From NCBI RefSeq assembly GCF_006345805.1, contig NC_043000.1:16864001-16928000 (forward strand): a stretch of 64,000 nt of DNA, read 5' to 3'. This stretch comes from Octopus sinensis. Its lineage: Eukaryota. Under the pieces are notes generated by a model. The model was given only the letters and a program-made list of their open reading frames with translations, was not told the origin of the DNA and searched no databases. Made by a program: the position numbers and the translations under genes. Positions 53,231 through 64,000 of the stretch are shown piece by piece (the stretch's first letter is position 1; each line of letters begins with the position of its first letter).

Positions 53231-56200
53231 GTATTGTATTGTAATTAGCAAGTTCTCTCCCATACTTAAACTGGATATTGAAGAAAGTCTTTGACTCTCT
53301 CTTATGATTATTTCTTACAGCAGTTTATTCACTGAATCAAATGTTGATAAACATGTCCTATCTGCATCTTCTGTAGAGAAACACTGGTTAAGTACGCTAC
53401 TTGAAAAATTTCTTGTCAATAACATTCCAGATTTGAACAGACTACCCACTCTCATAAACTTTCTACCTCGTGAAAAGATTTGAATTTATTGCGACAATTA
53501 TGAGGCTGCAATAAATTTTCTACATAATATTTGCATTAAACCAGTGAGGGAGTTTTTTTTGCAAGATATCAACTTCTAACTTGCAAGCAACAGCCAACAG
53601 AATTCCTGGATCAATTTCATCAAGCCAGAAAATTCCTGGCTAAAGAATGCAACTTAAGTTGTGTTGTCTGAATAGTATATGGAAAATGAAAATCTCAGTA
53701 ATGGATATTTTGATTTTTGAAATAATGTTGATAGAATAAAGCTCAGGCTATCTGGAAATGAAACACTGGACTTGGAAACAGCAATATCATAAACCAGAGA
53801 TTTGATTTAACTTAAAAGAATTATAATGTTTAAAACTCTATTTTCACAAATACTGCTTTTATTACAAAATTGAAACAGAACAGGTAACTACTATTTTAAC
53901 AGCTACTTCTCAGAAGAATGGAGCATGGAAATACAGACATGGGCACATAAAATGTCCAGTAAGAGATGTTTTATGCTATTAGGAGAAAAAAAGGCAATTT
54001 TTCTTGGTTGTGCAAATCAGTAATGAACCAACTCCCAAAGCATTAATCACTTCAAACTTAAGTATTTCAACTTTCCTAGAACATCCTTTGTCTCATATGC
54101 ATTCATTACAGTTGTGATTAAATAATCACTTGAGGTAAGATTTAGTTGACAGCAGAAGAACTGATAATTTTATACAAATTAAGCAGAGTTGTTTAGTTAT
54201 TAAACTATTCAGAGACAATGTTGTGATGATGTCTATACAGCTTAGTTTCCAAATTATAGGATTAGGAAAAGTTGACATTCAACATGCTGAAATGTACAGA
54301 TGGCAGACAATGTCTGTTGGCTTTATATATATAATCTCAGATGTAATAAACTTACATGTACTCAGTATTCTTCATGGAATTGAAGTTGAACTTTTAACGA
54401 TCTTGTAGCTTCTCTTATACTGTTAAATTTTACTTCCTTAATGATTCAATTTGTTTCATCCTTCACAATTTGATTCTGAATACAAAATTTACTGTTATGC
54501 CCTGCTTAAAGGTATTCTATGGACAACTGTAAATTCATCAAAGGAGTAAAATAACTCATCAAAAGAGGCATCATAGAAGGGATTACCTTCTCATGTAGTT
54601 GTCATTGATGAGTTAGTTCATACTCAACAATCATATTTTAATATGGTCAATATAAAATCATGCCTGGTATCAACAACTCTCATTGCTTTACAACTCTTGG
54701 TGCAATTGTATTTTAGTATCCAAAGCTTTCATTTGGCCTTCTGAACACAGTGACAAGCTTTCAATGAATCATGAACAAAATAAAATCTTGTGAAATGACC
54801 TGAAATCAACTTTTATTTAGATGCTATAATTAGATTCAGTGACTAAATTTGATAAAAATTCATAGATTTGATAGTAAATAAAAGAAAGTTTCAGTGAAAC
54901 AAGTACTTTCAAGGTTACTGTATTTAAAAGCACTGAAGGAAAATAATGTAAGACATGATCCAAAGAGACTGTTTTTTCTTGTTTAAAATTCCTTTTTTCT
55001 AAATATGTAACTGAAAATGTCATTAGATTTCTAGTTTTTATTAATATTTTATTTTTTCTTACAGCAAATCAGTGGTACATTTTTCCAATAACGTAAGAAC
55101 TTTATACCACCTTGCCAAGCTTCAAGAAGCTATTACTACTTTCAAAGTTATTAAATTTATACAGAAAGTGCTTGTTGCCATACTACTGACAATTTCATTC
55201 TATCTATAGTTGATCGACCCTTCTGTAGTTATACCATTATCACAAAGATGGCACGCTATTGCTTTTTTTTTTTGTACTCTTAAATATTATTTTTAAAAAA
55301 TGTTAAAATTTTTTGAATATTTATGTAAATGGTGACACTATCTTCAAGAAATGGAGCAGAAGACACTTATTCCACTTTGGGATTTCTAAGTGATGCCTGA
55401 CAATCTCCAGGTGAAATAGTTAAGCTTACAGAATCAGACTTAATAGTTGCTGACTCAATTCCATGTCACAATAATGACCACAACTACCATTCTTTGTTCC
55501 ATGATGATACTATTGAGTGTGAAAAAAGATGTAGTAAGTAAAAAAAATTTTTGAGTACTGCTTGGATTATAACCCTATCTATATAATATATCTCTTGAGG
55601 TGCTTCTAAATCATATCTGGAGATATATATATATATCATCATCATCATCATCATCGTTTAGCGTCCGTTTTCCATGCTAGCATGGGTTGGACGGGTCAAC
55701 TGGGGTCTGTGAAGCTGGAAGGCTTCGTCAGGCCCAGTCAGATCTGGCAGTGTTTCTACGGCTGGATGCCCTTCCTAACACCAACCACTCCGCGAGTGTA
55801 GTGGGTGTTTTTTACGTGCCACCTGCACAGGTGCCAGACAGAGCTGGCGAACGGCCACAAACGGATGGTGCTTTTACGTGCCACCGGCACGGGGCCAGGC
55901 GATGCTGGCAACGGCCACAAACGGATGGTGCTTTTACGTGCCACTGACATATATTATTCTTATACAAGAATGTTGTTGACAGTGACCTCAAAGTTTCAGC
56001 CTGCTAAACTATTGTCCGACAGTGACTTGGCTGGCTGAAAATTTCAAGTCACTATCAACATTCTTAGCTAAGAATAAATTTGTACTCTACAAAGGTACAG
56101 AGTAACCTATCAGATTAATGTAAAATTGTTATTTTTTTTTTTCATCCTTTTGGGGATCGATGAAATAAGTACCAGTTACATACTGGGTTGATGTAATTGA

Positions 56201-56274
56201 CTACCCCTCCCCAAAGTTTCAGGCCTTGTGCCTACAGTAGAAAGGATTATAAATGACCATAAAAACAAACCTTA

Positions 56275-56367
<93 letters not shown>

Positions 56368-56375
56368 GTATATAT

Positions 56376-56408
<33 letters not shown>

Positions 56409-57187
56409 GTATATATATATATGTATATATATATATTATATATATATACATATATTATATATATATACATATACACATATCACGCTAAATGATATGTGTA
56501 TATGGTATATATATGTATATATTATATATATATATATGCAACTTATTAGTTTGATAAACAGTATGCACAAACTCTTGTCCTTGGAGTAAATTTTCGCTAA
56601 TTATGTGTGTGTGTGTGTGTGTGTGTGTTAAAGCAAATACATTATCAGGAGCCTAATTAAATGCAGTATTTTCCCTGAGATAGTATCTCTTCTAGATGTA
56701 CAATGTTAAAAAACACAAAACTATATCAGTAACATCTGAAAATCATCAAGACCACCACTGCTGGATGATTTTTGGATGCTGGACAACTTCCATCTGCTTA
56801 TATATTTTTGTGCTATTCAACACTGTACATCTATAAGAGATTACTACACCAGGATTGAGTACTGCAGTTAATTAGTCAATTAGTTTTTCAATGATGTAGC
56901 TGCTTTATGTATGATACATAGATTATTATTTTACACCAATACTTCTTCTGTCATTCATAATGAATGTGTGTATGTGTGTGTGCGTGCCTGTCATTGTGTT
57001 TATGTTTAAAACCTGTGTTGTATATAAATAACAGACAAAAGGAACCCTACTGTTCTAACCATTCAATAAATATAGATTGATATAGATTGATGAATTAGAT
57101 ATCAGACTGAAAGTAGCCTGGAGATTGATGTGATTGATTGAACCTAATGACTGAGACTGAAACCAATAAAACAATAAAAAAAAACAT

Positions 57188-57599
57188 GGCGCAGGAGTGG
57201 CTGTGTGGTAAGTAGCTTGCTAACCAACCACATGGTTCCGGGTTCAGTTCCACTGCATGGCATCTTGGGCAAGTGTCTTCTGCTATAGCCCCGGGCTGAC
57301 CAAAGCCTTGTGAGTGGATTTGGTAGACGGAAACTGAAAGAAGCCTGTTGTATTTATGTATGTATATATATAAGTGTGTGTGTATATGTTTGTGTGTTTG
57401 TGTTTGTCCCCCTAGCATTGCTTGACAACCGATGCTGGTGTGTTTGCGTCCCCGTCACTTAGCGGTTCGGCAAAAGAGACCGATAGAATAAGTACTGGGC
57501 TTACAAAGAATAAGTCCCGGGGTTGATTTGCTCGACTAAAGGCGGTGCTCCAGCATGGCCGCAGTCAAATGACTGAAACAAGTAAAAGAGTAAAAGAGT
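57188..57599 (+). mobile_element. SINE family A copy
   Basis: Full-length match. Confidence 0.9.
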
Positions 57600-58927
57600 A
57601 TGGGCAAACGTTTTTCCTAATCAATCCAGATAGACCTAAGATACATGCAAGCATAGCTGGAGCATCAATAACCTCACTAGGCCCAAACACTGCAACAGTT
57701 ACAATAACAACAATGATTCAATGAGGGAGCTTCTACGTAAGTTACTCAACGTGCTAAAAATAGCAGCCAATCACACCTCAAACCATGTCCTACTGTCTTA
57801 GAATAAAAGGGATGGGGTGGCAAAATTAGATACTGTAGTTCTAGGTGTAAGAAAAAAAAAAGTCAGATGATCATAGTCAGCTCAATCAGGTTTGACTCAG
57901 GGCTAAACAGCAACAGTGTTTCTTCCTTGGAGTCCTAACAGACAAAAGAATTGCTACTTCACTCAACTCGAAAAGATATAAAGTAAAGGATCAACATGTT
58001 GCCAATGACAACCAAGATGTGGGGACAGAAACAGACAGACAGATGGTTGCTGTGTTAGAGAGATACATATATAAGCGCTGTCATAAATATAAATACCCAG
58101 AGACACAGATATAGGTGTATGCAAACACCAACACACAAAAAGAAATAGGTGCTGAATACAGATATGTACACATGCACTTTGCATATGCATCAGCATCATT
58201 GTTTAACGTCCACTTTCCATGCTGGCATGGGTTGAACAGTTTGACTAAGGACTGGCAAGCCAGGAGGCTGCACCAGGCTCTAATCTGATCTGGCAATATT
58301 TCTACAGCTGGATGCCCTTCCTAATGCCAACCACTCCGAAGGTCTAGTGGGTGCTTTTTATGTACCACTGGTACAGGGGCCAGTCAGACGGCACTGGCAT
58401 TGACCCTGCTCAAATGGTGCCTTTTACAGGTCACTGGCACAGGAGCCAGTCAGGCGGTACTGGCATCAACCATGCTTGGATGGTGCTTTTTATGTGCCAC
58501 ATATATATTATGTTGTACAACGTAACAGTCTTTGTCCTTAGACTGTGGCCATGCTGGGGCACACCTTGAGGAATTTTTAGTTGAATGAATCAACTCTAGT
58601 AATTTCTTTTGTTTTAAAGGCTGGTACTTATTCTATTGGTCTCTTTTGCTGAACAGCTATGTTATGGGGGCATAAATACACCAACGCCAGTTGTCAAGCA
58701 GTGGTGGGGGACAAACACAGATACAAAGACACACACACGACAGGCTTCTTTCAGTTTCCTTCTACCAAATCCACTCACAAGACTTTGGTTAGCCTGATGC
58801 TGTAATAGAAGACACTTGCCCAAGGTGCCACGCAGTGAAACTGAACCCAGAACCAAGTTGTTGGGAAGCAAGATTCTTAGCATACAGCCATGCCTGCACC
58901 AAAATATATATACACACGAGACGGAGG

Positions 58928-58975
<48 letters not shown>

Positions 58976-59166
58976 TTTATAGGACAGCAAGAAAGTATTC
59001 AGGATCTTCCCCCAACAGACATACTATAGAAAGTGGGGCTTGGGGTTGGTGAAAATGGGAGGGAGAGTGGAGATAAAAAAAAAAAAGAGATGGAAAACGA
59101 ATGTTTTATAAGGGGATCTCTATAAGATACATTATTTGGAAAATCAAGACCATTCTCAGCAGTCAC

Positions 59167-59199
59167 CTAAACTGGTGCCGCCATACCAAACTAGCAGAA
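59167..59199 (-). CDS. Candidate 33-nt microexon (phase 1-1: LLVWYGGTSL)
   Basis: tattggtttacag|TTCTGC...GTTTAG|gtgact; stop in phase 0, open in phases 1 and 2. Confidence 0.2.
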
Positions 59200-59412
59200 C
59201 TGTAAACCAATAATATTTACAGAACTTGCACTGTTGCTACTACTGTTGCTGTTTTTACCTCTTAAAAATAATTTTTCTGATGTGTAAATGGTGGGGGGGG
59301 GGGGAATGGTGGAGAATAAACAGCCAGCAGACTGTGAAGGGTGAATCCAAATTCCACACCAGCTTCATGGCACTAACCCTCGAAGTATTCAGATTACTAT
59401 ATCAAATGTAAT

Positions 59413-59814
59413 ACTCTTTTACTTGTTTCAGTCATTTGACTGCGGCCATGCTGGAGCACCACCTTTTAGTCGAGCAAATCGACCCCGGGACTTATTCTTT
59501 GTAAGCCCAGTACTTATTCTATCGGTCTCTTTTGCCGAACCGCTAAGTGACGGGAACGTAAAAACACCAGCATCGGTTGTCAAGCAATGCTAGGGGGACA
59601 AACACACACACACGCATACATATATATATATAATATATATATACATATATACGACAGGCTTCTTTCAATTTCCGTCTACCAAATCCACTCACAAGGCATT
59701 GGTCGGCCCGGAGCTATAGCAGAAGACACTTGCCCAAGATGCCACACAGTGGGACTGAACCCGGAACCATGTGGTTGGTTAGCAAGCTACTTACCACACA
59801 GCCACTCCTGCGCC
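59413..59814 (-). mobile_element. SINE family A copy; older diverged copies at ~4600-4930, 21897-22222, 41930-42320 and 58540-58898
   Basis: Reverse-complement match. Confidence 0.9.
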
Positions 59815-61009
59815 TATAATGTTTATTTAGTCACACTGTTTTTAATTAATCATAAAATTATTTTTTTGTAGCTTTGAGATTTTGATGACCTGATCGTTTA
59901 TTTTATAATGACATTGTAAAATAGATGTGAAAGGCTGGATCTGGATGGTTTGACCATAAAACAAGTCGAACATCTGAGCTGGATATCGCCAGCTTAAATG
60001 CCAAAGGGTTTAAGAAAGAAAGAGGGAGGATGGGAGAACTACTGTTCCCTCAATCAATAGAAAATCTCAATACACTGGCAGTAACTTTCTCTAAAAGATC
60101 TGGTTAACCCTTTAGCTTTCAGATTACTCTGTCAAATGTAATACTTATTTATTCACACTTGTTAAAATTAATCGTGCTTTATCTTGTAGCTTCGAGATCT
60201 CAATAATGTAGTTTATTTATGTTTAGAATGACATTGCAAAGTAGGTGTGAGAGGTGGGATCTGGCTGGTTTGAACATAAAACAGGTAGAATATTTGGGTG
60301 CATATGGCCAGTTTAAATGCTGAAGGGCTGAATAAATTATTTTTGATAGTTGGGTGAACTGATTAAAGGCAAATCATGTACAAATTGTGCTGTTAATTAG
60401 GTCTGTATCAGTCTTGACTAAAATAGCTCTGAATAAAGGGGTTCCAGTCATGACCAACCAGTTTTTCTCTTGAACATTTTGCACCTGAGACTACAACCAG
60501 TAGTTGTTTAGCCCCAAGTCAGACTATGATCAAAAGCATTCCACACACAAGCATCCAGTCCTACTGTATCTGTGTATCTAAGGCTACATTATCCAATATG
60601 CCCCTCTTTTTTTTTTTTGCAAGCCTACAGGGTATGATTCAAAGGAGATTTTGGTGTTATTTCTATAATGTTGTGTGAGATTGTAGAGGGCCCTCATTCA
60701 CATGTATGGGAGTTGTGTTATTAGTGTAAACTAGTGGTCACACAATCTGGACAGTGGGCCCAACACACACATATCCATTTTCATGGCTGAGTCAGTTATT
60801 GTAGAAATGGGGGTCTACCATCCACCAAGCTATAGAAAGAATTGCTCCAGCAAATATACTGTCCCACCCATAAACTAGCAAGGACAGAGTGGGGTGGTCT
60901 GCCCTGAGTGGAATTTTTATGGGGGGTCTGCAGTACGCTATAAACCTGTACAGGCTGTATTGAAATCAAATGAGAGTGGTTTTAATGTCAGGACATGGGC
61001 ACTACTCAC

Positions 61010-61067
61010 TGTTAATGCAACAATCGATATAGTCAGTGTGCCATATGTATCTTTTGTGAAGGCCCAT
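61010..61067 (-). CDS. Candidate alternative start exon (MGLHKRYIWHTDYIDCCIN), ends phase 1
   Basis: cccATGG start, in-frame stop upstream, donor ACA|gtgagt; frame is restored by the 23-nt exon at 38336-38358. Confidence 0.45.
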
Positions 61068-61777
61068 GGGCAGTAAAACGAAGGGCCACTCTGGGCGGCA
61101 CACACTCTAGTCACACTGCTGTACCCATACAAGCACAGAAAACATGTAAAATGTGTACAAAGACAAAATTGAGGCTCATAGCATTAATTTTTAATAAAAC
61201 GTTTGCTCTGGAGTGGGTTTGAATTAAGACAAAATTAAAAGAGTAAGTTCATCAGCTTGACCAAATCACACACACACACACACACACACATTATATTAAA
61301 AAGAGACATACTAGAACAGCAAATACAAGTTGTCAGTTTGATTGTATAGCTCCACCCAAGTGGAACTAAATTTCCAAAAAGCTTTGGCACTTACAGCAAA
61401 TTTCAAAAGTATATAATTAATTAATTAAGGTGTAAGTAACAAGATATCAGATGACAATAAGGGAGGAAAGGCTCTCTGTGTGTGCATGTGATTATCTCAC
61501 AATAAGAATTTCTAAAGTAAGATGTACATTGATTTTTTTTTTTTACATAGTTAAGGAGAGGAGGAGGAGGAATGTTCACAGAATTTAAAGGATTTTATCT
61601 GTACAACACTTTACACAAGATGACCAAACCATAGAGCCCTCTATGTCATTGCTAGAAACAGCAGTTAAATAACTGAAGAAATGAATCAATGGTCACAGCT
61701 GGAATATCTCTGATCACAAATCTGGGCCAAACAAAAGCTGCTACATAAGAGCTAGCCTCTAGAGCATTACAATGACG

Positions 61778-61821
<44 letters not shown>

Positions 61822-62585
61822 CTCTAATGTGAGCACAAGGGGACTTTGTTGATTCAACTGACTCTGGTACTTGACTGGCATTTTGTTTTATTGATCCCAG
61901 GGCAAATAAACCCCTACAGGATTTGATCTCTCAAATTAAATAGGAAACATACTGCAAGGCATTTTCTCCCAACGTTCCTTTGTACTACAGGCACAAGGCC
62001 TGAAATTTTGGGGGAAGTGGGGGGGGGGAAAGTCAATTTCCATTAGCTCCAGTACTTGACTGGTACTTATTTTATCAACACTGAAATGCTGAAAGACAAA
62101 GTTGACCTCAAGGGAATTTGAACTCAGAATATAAGGACGGAAAAAAAAATGCTTAGCAGCACTTTGTCCAGCATAGTAACAATTCTGCCTGCTGGTTGCA
62201 TAATAATAATGATTTCATTTATTTGCCACAAGGGCGAAGGATGTGGGGGACAATACAGAGACAGACAAAGTGTGGGGGTTTAACATATAATAATGAAATG
62301 ATAAAAGAAAAAAGTATACATGGTATACACTGAAAAAGGGACCTATGCATAGCATACAAGGGTAAAAAAAAAACTGGGGGGGGGGAGATGATAGAGATGT
62401 GGCCCTCCTGATACAAGAATGCCACTAGGGATAATAGAGGAACCACACTGTCCAAGATTTTCCCGAAACCCCAGGAGCAAGTGCCCTCTCCAATTCCTTC
62501 TCCCCGGCTCACGGGTCTACACTTAGAGAGGTACCATCCACTCTTGCCATTTTTGAAATTTTCACCCACCTTTCAATAAACTCAC

Positions 62586-62627
62586 CTGAGGCCAGAAATA
62601 TTTTATTTTTGGTTTGTGGAGGTGAAG
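62586..62627 (-). CDS. Candidate 42-nt frame-preserving exon
   Basis: ttctttatag|CTTCAC...CCTCAG|gtgagt; open in phase 0 (LHLHKPKIKYFWPQ) and phase 1; surroundings may be repeat-derived. Confidence 0.25.
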
Positions 62628-62798
62628 CTATAAAGAACCCCACCCCCCAACTTTATTTTATTGATCCCAGGAGAATGAAAGGCAAAGCTGATCTGGTCAG
62701 GATTTCAACTCAGAATGTAAAGAACTGGCATCTAACACTTCAATTTACAGTGCATGTGTAGTGTGTTGGTATTTGAAGGAAGCAGGCAGGGTAAATAC

Positions 62799-62820
62799 CT
62801 GTGTAGAACTGTGTTCTACA
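62799..62820 (-). CDS. Candidate 22-nt microexon (CRTQFYT G| when entered in phase 0)
   Basis: taacccttcaccaccctttcattccttcag|TGTAGAACACAGTTCTACACAG|gtattt; branch-like taac and a strong pyrimidine tract. Confidence 0.4.
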
Positions 62821-63277
62821 CTGAAGGAATGAAAGGGTGGTGAAGGGTTATGAAAGATCAACAAGGTTAGATTGGATTTTTTTAGGTTAATATTTTGTAT
62901 ACATATGTGTGTGTGTGTGTGTGTGTGTGTGAGTGAGAGTGAGAGTGAGAGAGAGAGAGAGAGTGAGTGTGTGAGAGGCGGGTATGAACATCAACGTAGA
63001 GTCAGGTGATGAGGTTGGGAGCAGTAGTTCAGAAGATGTTCTTCTCCAAGCTGCAGATAAGTAAAGTAAAACAGAACTAGAAATCTACAGAAGAGAAGGT
63101 GTCAGCAAATGGTGGTGGTGGTGGTGGTGAGGTGTGTGTGTGTGGAGGGGAGATGGAGGGCATACACAAGAGATATCTAAATGTTACATTTTTTAATAAA
63201 CAAACAAATGCAAAATTGAATTAACAAACATTACAACCCTGCTCTATCCTGTTGTCCCCCCCCCCCGCGCACCTCAC

Positions 63278-63493
63278 CTGAGGTCCTCAAACCCCTATCC
63301 CTCCTCCCCCGTTCTTTTCTTCCTTCCCAGCTAGTAACAAACTCTACATAAAAAGTCAAGCTATCTATCTCACTTAACATAACTGCAGAATATCTGAGAA
63401 AAGCATTGCTATAAATAGGAGCAACACCACCATCCTCATTATCATTTTTACCTCCACCACCACCATCTTCATCCTCATCACTATACATGTTTT
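63278..63493 (-). CDS. Candidate 216-nt 5' exon (MYSDEDEDGGGGGKNDNEDGG...RGLRTS G|), ends phase 1
   Basis: Acceptor ttctcctcttag, aaaacATG at 63488, open frame to donor CAG|gtgagg. Confidence 0.3.
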
Positions 63494-63846
63494 CTAAGAG
63501 GAGAACAGTTAAACATTACATTTCCTCTCAACTGTAGCCAGTTATGGTCGAAAAACGCCATAAAAAAAAATTTTCTCTCCCCATTCCACTTATTGTTGCA
63601 GTCTATTTTACACATACATACACACATACATACATACATACAGGAACATATAGACACACAGATGCATACACTGCAGACACACACACACACACATACAGGA
63701 ACATATAGACACATAGATGCATACACTGCAGACACACACACACACAGGAACATATAGACACATAATGCATACACTGCAGACATACATACACATACATACA
63801 TACAAACACACATGTAGACAGTCATAAGAAGAAATTCTTCACTTAC

Positions 63847-63870
63847 CCAAGAAATCCACTTTTTCAGCAT
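63847..63870 (-). CDS. Candidate alternative first coding exon (MLKKWISW)
   Basis: ATG CTG AAA AAG TGG ATT TCT TGG|gtaagt; consensus donor, phase 0. Confidence 0.45.
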
Positions 63871-64000
63871 AACTTTACACCTGAATTTATCCTTGGTGTG
63901 TGTGTGTAGTGGGGGATGGCTAATTTGTATAAAGTTCAAGTTGATTAACAGAGATTAAACTAAAAAGATTACCCAAACAATGTGTGGAATACCCAATATC

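Noticed and set aside
1128-59871. Recurrent ORFs such as MLGGQTQT...RQASFSFRLPNPLTRHWSARGYSRRHLPK, MDGSTGV...FLRLDALPN and MRNWYLIYRPRKD
   Set aside because: They are translations of SINE families A, B and C, not genes.

Overview
AT-rich, microsatellite- and SINE-dense eukaryotic DNA; the repeat content points to a coleoid cephalopod, most likely Octopus (inference). The window is almost entirely intronic and covers the 5' part of a canonical ankyrin gene (ANK2/Ank2/unc-44 family) on the minus strand. Two exons missed by the ORF track are clear: 29928-30029 ([34 protein letters not shown]) and 3544-3642 ([33 protein letters not shown]). The next conserved exon (KGNTALH...) was not found and probably lies left of the window. 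Non-repetitive islands in the long introns contain candidate alternative first exons and 10-46 nt microexons. Several are not multiples of 3 but restore the ankyrin frame in specific pairs, which suggests a combinatorial, phase-coupled system diversifying the N-terminus and the repeat 1/repeat 2 loop. This is a prediction from splice signals and frame only. The rest consists of tRNA-derived and other SINE families, TTAA, hAT and Tc1/mariner MITEs, decayed CR1, RTE, R4/Dong and Crypton fragments, a Helentron-like element, Penelope-type hammerhead ribozyme motifs, long hairpins and a local duplication. Nearly all ORFs in the supplied track are repeat-derived and spurious.
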